From: Octopus vulgaris
Taxonomy: Eukaryota
Direction of reading: 5' to 3'
Assembly (NCBI GenBank): GCA_951406725.2
Contig: OX597827.1
Coordinates: 44,454,001-44,518,000, forward strand
DNA length: 64,000 nucleotides
A program made the translations under genes and the position numbers. Under the pieces are notes generated by a model that was not told the origin of the DNA, made no database searches, and saw only the letters and a list, made by a program, of their open reading frames with translations. Within the stretch, counting starts at the first letter, position 1. Each line of letters starts with the position of its first letter. Positions 1 through 12,225 of the stretch are shown here, piece by piece.

Positions 1-881
1 TAGAGAGAACACTTTAGATCTCACATCAGACAACCTATCTAGTACTAATGGCACTCTATAAAGTAGTTAAGAGTGGTGAGAAAAACCAGCCACACAAATG
101 CTGGCAAAAACATATTAAACAGATATGTAAACTCCAGAAATCACGTAACAGTAAGAATTGCAGCAGAATAGAGTGGATTCCTTGCATTGTGAAAGCTTTC
201 CTAGTGCTTATGGCAGTCAAAAGTGTCTGGCATACACAGACATGTACAGCTGCAATGTTGCCTGGTTTTTCATTATTGCTGTGAGTGCGAGATGACACAG
301 ACCATGATGACCCAACCCAACCTATACCAACATGGGAAAATGGATATGAAACGAGGAGGAGGATTGACTACTTTATTGGCACAGACCCATGCAGAGTAAA
401 CAAGAGTAAACTTATGCCAGCCCAAATACACACACACAGACTGTAAGACTTTAAAAAAATGAATGGTGCAGAATTCAGTGATGTTTTCTCCACCGATTCA
501 TATATATCTTAAAGCACTTTTTATACAAGGAAGACAGTAAGCAGTCTTCTCTCCAACAATATAAAGATAACTGTGCACATCAAGAAAACAGTACATTACC
601 TATGAATAACATGCAAATAGATTTGCTCATAGTTACCACAAATACCACGCTTTGTTCTCACTGAGCATCTCTCCTGGCAAACATACACCTTCAAGGTAAC
701 CCAAACTGCTTTACGATGACTAATTTGGATCCAGAAAATAGTTAAAACCCCAACAAAAACTAACTCTCTACAAAACTCAGGCAAAATTAACAATGGAGTA
801 TTACTCTCTTCTCTTGGATGGTGCTGCTGTTATCACAGCACAGACATCCTAGGCTGCATTTCACTGAATACCATGAGATTA

Positions 882-1046
882 CCATATTTTAACATGTATA
901 AGGGACCCTTTTTTGTCAAAAATTAGGTTAAAAAAATATGGGAGTATCATATACATGGATAGTATTATGATCCCTAACAAAACCTTTTTTTCAAATTTTA
1001 AGCCCCCCCCCCCATTAGGGGGTTCCTTATACACGTTAAAATATGG
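882..1046. mobile_element. Tc1/mariner/pogo-type MITE
   Basis: 22-bp TIRs CCATATTTTAACATGTATAAGG and CCTTATACACGTTAAAATATGG (21/22 match), flanked by TA at 880-881 and 1047-1048. Confidence 0.85.
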
Positions 1047-1199
1047 TACTCACCAATACTACTCTTCCAGCATTACATATTGCTAAGTTGAAAAATAATA
1101 CTCAAATATATGTATATGGTTTTAAGGCTGTTTTCCTGGGAAATTCAAACCCAGATTCAATAAAACTAAATGAGATACAAGCCTTTCTTTGCCCCCTAC

Positions 1200-1375
1200 A
1201 GTGTAGGTTCCTTCCACATAGATCAGATGATGTTTCTTCACCTGAGCAGATTCTTCTCACATCCAGTTTCGCTCTCTATTTGTGCTCTGCCATTCATGCA
1301 CACTAACATTACACATCCAGTGAAGCATGCACACTCAGGTCAACATTGCTTTTACACCCTTCTGAGGCTGATAAA
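1200..1375 (-). pseudogene. Decayed RTE LINE ORF fragment (C-terminal region)
   Basis: Minus strand reads ...MLHWMCNVSVHEWQSTN..., homologous to the RTE fragments near 4080 and 55620. Confidence 0.6.
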
Positions 1376-1788
1376 ATATGTGCCAGACAAAGAATTATGA
1401 TGGAGGAGGGATTGGGAGGCAAGGGTGACGTCCAATTCCTAAAAGTTGGTGCCACAAAATGGTTGGAGTTCAACAATTGCAAGCAGAATAAAACAATGAA
1501 ATATAAAGTCCCCAAAAGGGATTTTGTCGACACTGGAAGTACTTGAGATTTTTCATATGTTGTGTGTGTGAGAGAGAGATAGGGAGAGAGAGAGAATGAA
1601 GGTGTGCATAATTAATACAAAACTTGCAAGAATTTTTTTAAATATTACTAAATCTAATTCTCATTTACTGGAGTTTGTTAAATTAATATTTACAAATTAA
1701 CAGCATTTAAAAAATAAAAAATTAAACAAATTATGATAGAATACACGGAATGGAATTGCAGTTTTAGGTTTTGCAATGTGTGTATGAG

Positions 1789-1833
<45 letters not shown>

Positions 1834-2744
1834 AGGATAAATGGAAAAAATTCCTCTACTAAATTAATTTATTGCTGGCATAGCAATATTGTGATATTTC
1901 TTTCACTTTTTATTTTTATTTTCTCACTTCTTTCTTAAAGGGAGAAAATTTACCTGAAGGCGGCTGGCCATGTTCATTGATAAATCACATCTTTTTAAGG
2001 ATTTAGAATAATTAATTTTTCTTTTTTTGTTTAGTTTTCTTCTATAAACCCTTTCACGATCACATTTCTAATGAAATACATTTCCTGTGTGTTTCAATTA
2101 ATTTTGAAGGATTTAGTGAAATAATTAGCTATTTTCAATATTGCTAAGAACATAAAAATGATCTTGTATAAATATATAAAACAAGTCTAAACTTATTAAA
2201 GCCAGAGAGAGGCATATCAGACATGCTGCTATCAAAAAGATGCAACAATATTTTTACTAACAATATGGTCTTATTTATTTACTAACAATAAATCACGGAG
2301 CAGCAATGCAAAATGGCTCTGTCATTATTATTTATATTCATCTACCTTTCTTTATATTTTGTGTTATATGTTGAATAATGATGCAACATGTTTGCACTGT
2401 TGCCAATTAGTACACCCACCTCCATCAGTCTCATCTGACAGCCAATACTACTTCTCTCATAGACAACTACAATAAGAGCACCACTAGCTTGAACATAATA
2501 AAAAATAGTAGTAACCCTTCTGGAATAAAAGAAAACTAACTAACCAACTATCACCATCTCCTACAATCACAAAGGCAGCCCCAATTTCCAGTTAAGTACC
2601 TACAGACTACTTCCACTTGTACAGTAACCTATTCCCTATAGTCACACTGAACACATTGTTGCTCAAGAGAGAAGTTGTTCTGCTGCTTCTTGGATAAGTA
2701 TTCTAGGTGGTAAAATCCTCCAATCCCTTTCTCCACCCATTTAA

Positions 2745-2973
2745 CCATTTAGCGTTCAGATTATTCTATCAAACATAATGCCTATCGATTCCCATTGATT
2801 TGTATTAATCATGCATTATCTCATATCTTCAAGATCTTGATGGTGTAATTACTTAATGTAGAATAACATTGTAGGGTAGGTGTGAGAGCCTGGATCTTGT
2901 CAGTTTGAACATAAAACAGATTAACTATTTTGGCTGGATTTGGCCGGATATAGCCGGTTTAAATACTAATGGG
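2745..2973. mobile_element. TTAA-flanked (piggyBac-type) MITE, family 1
   Basis: TTAA|CCATTTAGCGTT ... AATACTAATGGG|TTAA; homologous to copies at 25952, 41298 and 44517. Confidence 0.8.
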
Positions 2974-3275
2974 TTAACCGTATCAGAAATGGATCCTAGA
3001 AGATACAGATACATTGCAGTGCAAGTTGCTCAATCATCAGGGGATGGAGCAAGGTTCCTGTCACATGGTGAATCATAATACTCTCAACAAAGAAAAAGAA
3101 AAAAACTGAAAGTAAAAGATGGAGGGGAGGGGCAAGGATAGTCTGAATGTAAGAATTTTACCAATGGTCTCTTATGAGAGAATCTGAAATACGAACTATT
3201 CTGCATTGCAAAACAGTGCGTCAGTGGAAATTGAGTACATTTGCCCTAAATGAAGGACACCATGCTCTACATACA

Positions 3276-3432
3276 GGTGCAGGAGCGGCTGTGTGGTAAG
3301 AAATTTCCTTCCCAACCATATGGTCCTGGGTTCAGTCCCACTGCATGGCACCTTGGGCAAGTGTCTACTTCTATAGCCTCAGGCTGACCAAAGCCTTGTG
3401 AGTGGAACTGGTACATGGAAACTGGAAGGAAC

Positions 3433-3472
<40 letters not shown>

Positions 3473-3660
3473 TGTGTGTGTGTGTGTGTGTATATGTATG
3501 TGTGTGTTAACCCCCACCACAACCGCTTGACAACCAGTGACAGTATGTTTACATCCCCATAACTTAGTGGTTCAGCAAAAGAGACCAATACAACAAGTAC
3601 TAGGCTTACAAAGAATAAGTCCTGGAGTCGATTTGTTTGACTAAAACAAGTAAAAGAATA
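3276..3660 (+). mobile_element. tRNA-derived SINE family A (CORE-like, internal (TA)n(TG)n)
   Basis: Head GGTGCAGGAGCGGCTGTGTGGTAAG, B-box-like GGTTCAGTCC, ACCTTGGGCAAGT motif, tail AACAAGTAAAAGA; more than 10 copies in the window. Confidence 0.9.
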
Positions 3661-3669
3661 GGAACACTG

Positions 3670-4400
3670 TACTGTGTATGAAATGTAAACTGTGGGGAAT
3701 CAAGAGATGCCATTAGATCACAGGCTGGTTGACAGAAGTAAAGGAACTTATGTGAGGCAGATGCACAAGAATAGTCAGCAGCAGAAGCATCTATGAAATA
3801 AACTCTTTCAAATACCAGGACTACTGTTTGGAAATAGTTACTAGCTTTTATTACCTAGGTGATCTAAATTAGCAGTGGAAGAGGATAATCCACAATTGCA
3901 GTAGCCAGAGTTTCAACTGAGAGACAAAGTTCAGAGAGCAATTACTTCAGTGGGCAAGAATAGAGTTCTCTCATCAGGCAAAAGCCAAATTCTGCGATAC
4001 TTATGTGGAACACAGAATGTTGTGTGGTAGTGTGAATGCAGTGGATGTTACAAGGCTGGACAGAAATAAAACAAGTACGATCCATAGGATGTGTAATGTT
4101 AATCATGGATAAACAACAGAAGAAAAGAGCAGAGAAAACGACCGCATAAAGAGGACTCGGATGTAGCTTGCAAAGAGAGAAGACTGCACTGATAATGTTC
4201 ATAATACATATGTAGTATGACAGTTGGTTAAAACAGTAACAATCAATCCAAGTAGAAGGAAGCCACAGAAGAGAAAGAACAAAGAAAGTCAGAGAAGAAT
4301 CAATGAAAGATGCTTTTCAGAAACACTAAACCTCGTGAAAGGGATGACAAAGGATTATAACAACTGCTAAGATGCTGTGCTAGAGAAATCATATCCACCT
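3670..4400 (+). pseudogene. Decayed RTE LINE fragment (distal RT and C-terminus)
   Basis: Frameshifted translation gives LEIVTSFYYLGDL, ISSGRG, KFREQL and RLDRNKTSTIHRMCNVN; parallels 55380-55640. Confidence 0.75.
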
Positions 4401-5401
4401 CCTTGCAAGCATTGAAACACAGACTTAAGATAGTGCTGGTGGTGTGGTAATTCAGGAAAGATGAAAGGATAATTCCTGGAAGGACCTGAATTCTCAATAT
4501 CAACAGGCAATATAGAAACGGTTAGCAATAAATTAGATACAATAAAACATCAACTAGCCAGAAGTTCTATGGGTTTTGGGGGAATCTTTACAAAATTATT
4601 CCTTGCCTTTTGTGAACAATAATGTCATGGGTTATAAAGTTCCAACAGGCCAACTACTGGTTCACTACATTTATGTCACGTCAAAAATGCCTTATAACTC
4701 ATATTTATTTATATATATTATATGTGTGTGTGGTTGCAGAAGATAAAAAAACATTTAAAGATGTCTGTGTGTGAAAGTGTATACATACATGCTCTCAACT
4801 TATTTTTACACACACACAACACCATCCTAGGAGGGTCTGTGGTGGTCATGAGTACAGTCATTCTCCACCCACAAATAAGCCATTAAAAAATATTTGCATT
4901 TAAAAAAAAAACAACTTGTTCTTGGTCTGTTTATGATGAGTTTCCCCAGTATGTATGTATAAAACACACACACCACACACACACATACATACATACATAA
5001 ACATGCATGCACGCATGTATCTATAGAGCATTTATAAAGATCCTAGAGTATAATTGAAAGAGTGTGCATCAAAATTAGAAGCATGCATCATTCTACCACA
5101 TCAATGCAGAATTTTTATGCTCTGGATTCAAAGACCAGATTAAAAACAAAAAAGAAAAACAAGAGAGAGTGAAAACAGACATATCAAACCCACTCAACAA
5201 TGGTAATAATAATAATAACTAGAATGATCTAAGCAAGCTGAATTAGTTGATAAATGATGAGAGCTAGAAGAGGGTGTAAGGAGAAAAACAAATTCAATCA
5301 AGCTATCAACTACGTCCCCCAACCCACCTCTTCTTTCTACTAGTAAGCTACCATTGGTCAGTTTTAGAAAAATTCTGTTATTTGTAGGTAAACCTTCTTA
5401 C

Positions 5402-5441
5402 CTGGCTTGTCAAAACGAGCTCGTTTATTGCCGGGATCCAT
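5402..5441 (-). CDS. First coding segment MDPGNKRARFDKP+G (40 nt, phase 1); basic NLS-like motif, possibly the N-terminus of C-terminal binding protein (CtBP)
   Basis: ATG at 5441-5439 with an in-frame TGA six codons upstream. KRARFD resembles CtBP2 KRQRLD and Drosophila CtBP KRSRID; from recall, vertebrate CtBP first coding exons also end in a phase-1 Gly. No next exon was recognised in 1-5400, so identity is unconfirmed. Confidence 0.65.
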
Positions 5442-5700
5442 GTGCAGCAGCTTTGTTCAGGTGTGGAGGGGGCCTTGTCGCTCGCTCCAGCACCACACCA
5501 CACCACCTCCAAAATATATAGTCCACCGCAGTTTTCACTTAAATCCACTCCAAGGATGCAAGACACCCTCAATCAATGATCTACCAGATTGGTTATGTGT
5601 TCAAAATTGATCAGGTGAATTCTTTTTCTCAGGTGATTAGTTCTTCTTTGGGTTTTAATTGTTATTTTCTTATTTTGAGTAAAAACAGATCTTTAAAATT
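5402..5700 (-). other. Spliced exon (299 nt): 5'UTR plus start of CDS of a minus-strand host gene
   Basis: Acceptor attctccctttctttctcttgtcgttacAG| (AG at 5702-5701) and donor CCAG|GTAAG (GT at 5401-5400). Unique sequence, richer in GC and CpG than its flanks, with a single ATG. Confidence 0.8.
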
Positions 5701-5847
5701 CTGTAACGACAAGAGAAAGAAAGGGAGAATAATATTAGCTTCAAAATTTTTTTTTTTTTTTTAAGAACAACATTTGATAAAAAGGGGAAAAAAAACTTTT
5801 ACAAGTATTAGCAACAAAAAATATATATACAAACATACACATAACAC

Positions 5848-6203
5848 AGGTGCAGGAGTGGATGTGTGGTAAGTAGTTTGCTTACCAACTACATGGTTCC
5901 GGTTTCAGTCCCACTGCATGGCACCTTGGGCAACTGTCTTCTACTATAGCTTCGGGCTGACCAAAGCCTTGTGAGTGGATATGGTAGACGGAAACTGAAA
6001 GAAGCCCATCATATACATGTTTGTCCCCACTCCCATCATCACTTCACAACCGATCTTCATGTAGTTATGTCCCCATAACTTAGTGGTTTGACAAAAAGAT
6101 ACCGATAGAATAGGTACTAGGCTTACAAAGAATAAGTTTGATGAAAGGTGGTGCTCCAGCATGGCCACAGTCAAATGACTGAAACATATAAAAAGAGTAA
6201 AAG
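5848..6203 (+). mobile_element. SINE family A, full length
   Basis: Same head, body and tail as the 3276 copy; ends GACTGAAACATATAAAAAGAGTAAAAGA. Confidence 0.9.
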
Positions 6204-6214
6204 AGTATATATAT

Positions 6215-6576
6215 CTTTTAACTTTTACTCGTTTCAATCATTGGACTACAGGTATGCTAGGGTATGACCTTGGATGGCTTTAGTCAAATATATTTACCAC
6301 AGTACTTATTTTTAAAATCTGATATGTATTCTATCAGTTTAAAACCTTTAAGTTATAAGGGCTTAAACAAACCAACACTGATTGTCAAGGGGATAAACAC
6401 ATATATACGTGTGTGTCTGTACACACACACACACAAACGCAGGGAGTTTCAGTTTCCAAGGCTCTTATTGACCAGGACTATAGTAGAAGATACTTGCTCA
6501 AGATACCATGCAGTGGGACTAAATCCAGAGCCATGTGATTAGGAAGCAAACTTCTTTCTACACAGCCATGCTTGCG
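6215..6576 (-). mobile_element. SINE family A, older copy, inverted relative to the 5848 copy
   Basis: Reverse-complement tail tcttttaacttttactcgtttcaatca and head ...gggactaaatccagagccatgtg...cacagccatgcttgcg. Confidence 0.85.
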
Positions 6577-7769
6577 TTGTGTGTGCATGAAAACAAAAAA
6601 CAAAAACAGAATCACCATTTGCAATACGTCACTGGTAAGGAAACATAAACGCTGTTACATCACTGATGCATCATCATCATTTAACATCCATTTCCCATAC
6701 TGGGATGGGCTGGACCATGATTCTTGAAGAAAACATAAGCATGAATTCAATATTGTAATAATATATACACCCATCTGTCCTTATACTGATGATCTTTCGT
6801 TATTTCTTACAAACTCGTGTACACCAAAACGGCAAGAGAATGTGCAGTATAAGTTATTTAAGTAAAGCACATTTATAAATGAAAATGTTTTATTATTATG
6901 CCAAGCAAAATGGCAAAACTGTTGGAGAAGTAGAACCCTTTGTAGCATTCAGTCGTATCCCTTCATGTTCTCATTTCAAATACCACCTCCAAGTCTGCTA
7001 TACCATTACTCTATTCAGGGTCAATCAAGAAATATATCAAAGATTAATGTAATCGAAAGCAGGACCAGAGCATGAAAGCACTCCAATGGGAGAAGCCGGT
7101 AATAGAATAAATGTACTAAAATTCAACGTATGCATCAAATTTTTTCTTCATTTTGGAGTGAAGTTGTCTGTTTTGTTTTAAGTACACAAACACATGGATT
7201 CAGGTAGATCTAATGTTGTTCTTAACTGCCATTACTTTGGTTTGTCTAACATATTAAAAAAAACCTCATACTCTCTGCAAACTTTTTTTTTTTACTGAAT
7301 TATTAAAAAGAAAATCCAGTCGATAATTTTATTTGAATATATATTTATCTTATGAATCCAAGAAGGAGAAAGAAAACAAAAAAACAAAAAAAATCTATGG
7401 CCAAATCAATTCAATAAAATAAACTGAATTCTATAATATAAATTAAGTTTTATAAAATAGCTTTATTGAAGAAAGGCAAACTGAAAAAACAAACTTCAAT
7501 TGGTTGGACGCAAATATTTTTTAAATCTAAAAATTCAATTACACACACACACACAAGCACAGACAAAATTGAAATTAAAAACTGAGGGAATATAAACGGC
7601 AAAAATTGAAAAAAAGGACTTCGGAACTTTTCAAAAACTAAGATTGAAAAAACAGTCATCATCAATGTGTATACCTAATTTCAACGTAACACTCACTAAA
7701 AGTTCATAAAATATTGGGTTGGTAGGTAGAGCTGAGCCTCAGCATTTAATTTTGGTCTTCTGAAATTTT

Positions 7770-7995
7770 AGTAAATAAATGCACCAGCACCAATTGTCAA
7801 GTAATGCAGGGGATAAATGCAGATATGCATACAAGCGTGCATACACATATGATGGGCTTCTTTCAGTTTCTGTCTACCAAATCCACTTGCAAGGCTTTGG
7901 TTGGTTGGCTTGGGGTTATAATAGAAGACAGATGCCTGAGGTGCCATAACTGAACTCAGAACTGTGTGGTTGGAAGCAAACTTCTTACCGCACAC
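7770..7995 (-). mobile_element. SINE family A, partial
   Basis: gggcttctttcagtttctgtctaccaaatccact...gaagcaaacttcttacc. Confidence 0.85.
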
Positions 7996-8095
7996 TATCG
8001 ACAGGTCACAATGAACTGCATATCACTAAACATATACATTAGAGTTAAGAAAATTGATCAAGGTGGCCAGGAAGTGTTCCAACAAAATGCCAACA

Positions 8096-8137
<42 letters not shown>

Positions 8138-9959
8138 AATATTTGTTTCAAGGAATCTGAAATCTAAAATAAGTAAGGAGATAGGAGGATTTTTAAAACT
8201 AAATCCTTATCTTAAATATATCTTTCAAAAGTTCTTTCTACTTTTAAGGGGGACAGGGTTACTACTATCTAGCATTTCTTCTTAAGTAAAAAATATCCAA
8301 ATTATTTTTAATGGCACAAATTTTTCAATTTGGTGTTTGGAATTAAATTTTTCACAAAAATGTGTTACATCGTCTACCATCAGACAGCTAAATAAGAAAA
8401 CTGATAGCCAAACATCTTGCTTAAATTTTATAACTTTCTTGTTGATATATATATATATATACTAAAAATGTACATATTATTATAAACTTAAATTTTATTT
8501 ATTATTTTCTACCCACCAAGTCTGATTTTTTTTTTTTTTTTGTTAGCATGGAAGAAAAAAAGAGAAAATGCCAAGAAAAATTAAACATAACAAATAAGTT
8601 ACCTCCCTTGAATAATTTAAAAGCAGATCATAAACGTTCAGTTGGTTACTACTTGATTATCAGAAAAGGCTTCTCTAAGTATCTGAAAGATTACCTTTAA
8701 TAAGCGTTGTGAAACTTTCAATGAAGATTCCTCGAAAAGCAAAGAAATATACAACCCACCCCAATACAAAAAATTATTATTATTATTATTATTATTGATT
8801 GTTCCTAAGAATGATAATTAATCAAAGAGAGAATTTTGGATGCTTTCAAATGATAAAAGTTACAGAATCAAAACTATAAAAAGACAAAGTTTAAATCAAA
8901 TTCATTACATCAAAGAATCAAAGAGGTAAAAGAAGAAAAAAACCCTAATTAAGCAACGGATGGAATGATCAAATTTCACACTGTATTCTAAATAACAAAC
9001 AATTTTTAAAACTTAGTTAATTAGAAAGCAATTTGCTGCCTTTGGTTTTGAAAAATGACGCAAAACATCAACAATTGCCGAATTTCTGAAGAATAGTAGC
9101 AATGTGGTATTTATTTTAATTTTGAGATGATTCCATAGTGATTGTCATTAATCTTTGAAGATATTCACGGAAACGTAAGAAAATGTTTTCGCACACATTG
9201 AGTAATTAGCGAAACCAGCTTTCCTGTGCTAAACAAAACTTTGGGGGTGCGTGGAAGGCAGGGGGGAAATCTGTGCACGCTTTTCTAATAGATTTTCAAA
9301 ATATTCAAAGAACAGCTATTCTTTTAATATTTATTCTTATAAAACAACATACAATAATCTTCAACAAGAATTTGTTGCATTAATCTCTCTGAAATTAAAA
9401 ATACAATGCAGGCAAAGTTTCGTAATATTTAACAATATCATGATTAAAATTTAACAAATTAAGCTTCAGTTTTCATGTATTTGTTTTATTTATCTATTTA
9501 TTCATTTATTTATTTATTTTTTCCTCCAAATTCCATTTGCTTTAAATATTAACGAAACTAAAAAGGGGAAGAAGAGAGAAAGTGGACAAAAACAAAAATA
9601 TTTCCACGTCGATTTAGACACTTTGAGGGAAATAGCAGAGAAGAAATAATCTTCCTTTAAATGAATGCATGAACAAGTCAGAACAAACAGAAGATAAACA
9701 AAACACAACTCAAATAAATTAAAACCCAAAACAACCTATTAACTACACAAAATTCCTTTCTCTACAAATGTGTAAGTGCAACTATTTAAAACAGCATTGC
9801 TTCTTAACATCCAACTAATTTTTAAGTATTTAAATGCAATGTTTTCCAAAGTTGCACTGCAAAGGATGTCTAAATACATGGTAGGTGTTTAGAAATAAAT
9901 GTTAAGGCTTTAAGAAAATTATACTAATGTTCAAGTGTCTTGAAAGACGTGTTATTCAC

Positions 9960-10230
9960 AGGTAGGACTGTATGGTAGGAATTTTACATCCCAACTAATT
10001 GGTTCCCAGTTCAAACTCACCATGTGGTACATTGGGAAAGTGTCTTCTACTACATAGGCTTGGGCTGTCCAAAGCCTAGTGAGTGGATTTGGTAGAAAAA
10101 AACTGAAAGAAGAACATTGTGGTGTGCATGAATGATGCCTTTGGGTCTGTGTTTGTCCTCCACCACTGCTTGACAACCAATGTTGGTGTGTTTATGTACC
10201 CATAACTTACTAGTTGTGAGAGAGAGAGAA
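9960..10230 (+). mobile_element. SINE family A, 3'-truncated; followed by a minus-strand CORE-SINE fragment (~10240-10350)
   Basis: gtgagtggatttggtaga...aactgaaagaag; then cagctgggtg...gaagtgccttgctcaaggaca. Confidence 0.8.
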
Positions 10231-10414
10231 TTGCACCAGTACTCATTTTCAGCTGGGTGCATTGAAAAAAAAGGAAATGAAGTGCCTTGCTCAAGGACAG
10301 ACTGCACCACCTGGTCCCGAAATTGGATCCACAACCACTAGGCCATGCACCCCGCCACACACACACACACACATTATCAGCAGCAAAAAAGAGTCTTCAT
10401 GGGTAATTAGATAT

Positions 10415-10575
10415 TAAGTTGAAATTTACAGAAAAACAAAAGATGAAGACAGGTGTATACACAACAAGCAGATGTATTAGTTTGATGCTCAGGAAAGTGA
10501 GAAAGTCTTTTACGTTTCAAGCCTATGCTCTTCAAGAGAAAGGAACATGAGGAAATATACAGAGAGAGAATATAA
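10415..10575 (-). mobile_element. Penelope-like terminal repeat remnant with a degenerate minimal hammerhead
   Basis: Minus strand CTTT-CTCTTGA-A-GAGC-ATAG-GCTT-GAAA-CGT-A-AAAG. The adjoining segment (aaaacaaaagatgaagacaggtg) recurs inverted at ~13920-13978. Confidence 0.65.
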
Positions 10576-11460
10576 AAACTTGTGAATTTAGCAATCAATC
10601 ATGGCGACTGAACTCTTCTTTCCTCATTCTTTAGTGAGAAGCATAAATGTATTCCTAAGAAACAGTTTAAACAGCAGAAATTTAATCCTGAAAGGTTCAA
10701 CCAAAGAAAGCTAGCATACACTACTCACTATTTAACAACCTACCTTGCACATACAGACACGCACACAATACATACACATGAATCCTCCAACAGGTTGCAA
10801 TACTAGTTCATTTGTTCTCATATTAACACTTAAACCTTTAAAATTTTTACCCATGAATTAGTCCCTTATACATAAAATACAGAAGTTGTGAGCTGTTTAC
10901 CAGCAGAATACCAGATTATCCTGTAGGTTCGATCCTCCAGAGATCTGCATAGTTTCATTTGTCTTTTGAACTTGTGATTTCCAGATAAAAATCTGGAGAT
11001 ACATGGGCTCCCCCTTGAGCAAGCTTGATTTTTGATTAAGCAAAGAGAAAAAAAAAAGATCTCTTTGATGGTGACTCCAGAACCCTTTTTCATGCCATAC
11101 AAAAACCTAGCAGTTTTTCTCCACTCCCTTTTTTATAGCTTGTGAAGAACATAAAGTAAAGGAGTTAATAAGTAGGCCTTTAGAGTTATAGTCTTGCATT
11201 CTATGGGGTGCAGCAGGAACCCCCCCCCCCCAGCTTTTTATGCTATTAGTGAGGTTGGGAAGATGGTAACTATGTCTTGATGAAGCTAAAGTTTCAGTGT
11301 TTTTTTTTTTTACCTTTTTTTTTTTTTTTTTTAGTCTCCAACTCCTCATGGCCACATGGTTTGTACCAGTGCATATACTGCACTTGCTGTTGAAATGTTG
11401 AGTCAGAGTTTTTTTCTTTTCTTTTCTTTTTTTGCCCCCAACTTTGTATAATACATTTAA

Positions 11461-11683
11461 CCCTTTCGTTACCAACCCAGCTGAAACCGGCTGTGGCTCT
11501 GTAGTATAAATAAATAAATGTTTTGTTTTCACGTTTTGAATTGAAATCTTCCACAAAACCTTAGTCACAGTTTATGTTCCTAACACTAGCTTGATGATAA
11601 CCAAGTTATTTTACTAAATTCTTTGTTATGTTTAAAATAATTGAAAGAAATACAGTGCATCTTAAAATATAGTAACGAAAGGG
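11461..11683. mobile_element. TTAA-flanked (piggyBac-type) MITE, family 2
   Basis: TTAA|CCCTTTCGTTAC ... GTAACGAAAGGG|TTAA, a perfect 12-bp TIR. Confidence 0.92.
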
Positions 11684-12059
11684 TTAATCATTCAAGCTAA
11701 AACATAAAGCTGACAAACAATAACTAAATACTACAGTAAAGCAAGAAATTTCTGCAAATTTCCAATGACGTTTCCTTTTTCATTTTTATTTTTTAGACAA
11801 ATGTTTTCAGCATAAAAAGGAACATTCCATTGTGTAAACAATCCCACTCAAATCTCAGTGTTCTAAAGTAGAGAGAGAGCATGTGTGCGTGCGTGCATGC
11901 GATAGATTTTCCATGTCCAAACACAATGACCACTTAATTTTCACATCAGTTCAACAGAAATAAGGACAGTATTATTTACTTAAAACTGAAGCAGCAACTC
12001 TAAATTTCAAATGAAATTACGTTCATTCAAGAAATATATACTAAAGCCACAAGGGCTAC

Positions 12060-12225
12060 ATTAAGTTTTGAGGGTGGTAAGGGGCCAGCCGATTACATTG
12101 ACCAAGTGTTCAACTAGTACAGACCTAAAAGGATGAAAGGCAAAGTTGACCTCCATAGAATTTGAACTCAGAATGTAAAGATAGATGAATGGCACTAAGA
12201 ATTTTGTCCCGTACGCTAACAATTT
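12060..12225 (-). mobile_element. tRNA-derived SINE family B (central domain resembling the MetaSINE domain)
   Basis: aaaggatgaaaggcaaagttgacctc...gaatttgaactcagaatgtaaag; about 20 copies or fragments in the window. Confidence 0.85.

Noticed and set aside
596-793. ORF ending at a donor-like AG|GTAATG, as a candidate next exon
   Set aside because: No polypyrimidine acceptor and no recognisable protein similarity.
1954-1990. Minus-strand ATGAACATGGCCAGCCGCCTTCAG|GTAAAT (MNMASRLQ) as an alternative coding exon
   Set aside because: It ends in phase 0, incompatible with the phase-1 exon at 5402; the acceptor is poor; in-frame splicing from 5402 meets a TGA.
5378-5610. ORFs 5378-5572 (-) and 5407-5610 (+) overlapping the exon
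   Set aside because: They use non-ATG starts and the wrong frame or strand; the splice sites and single ATG support the MDPGNKR frame.
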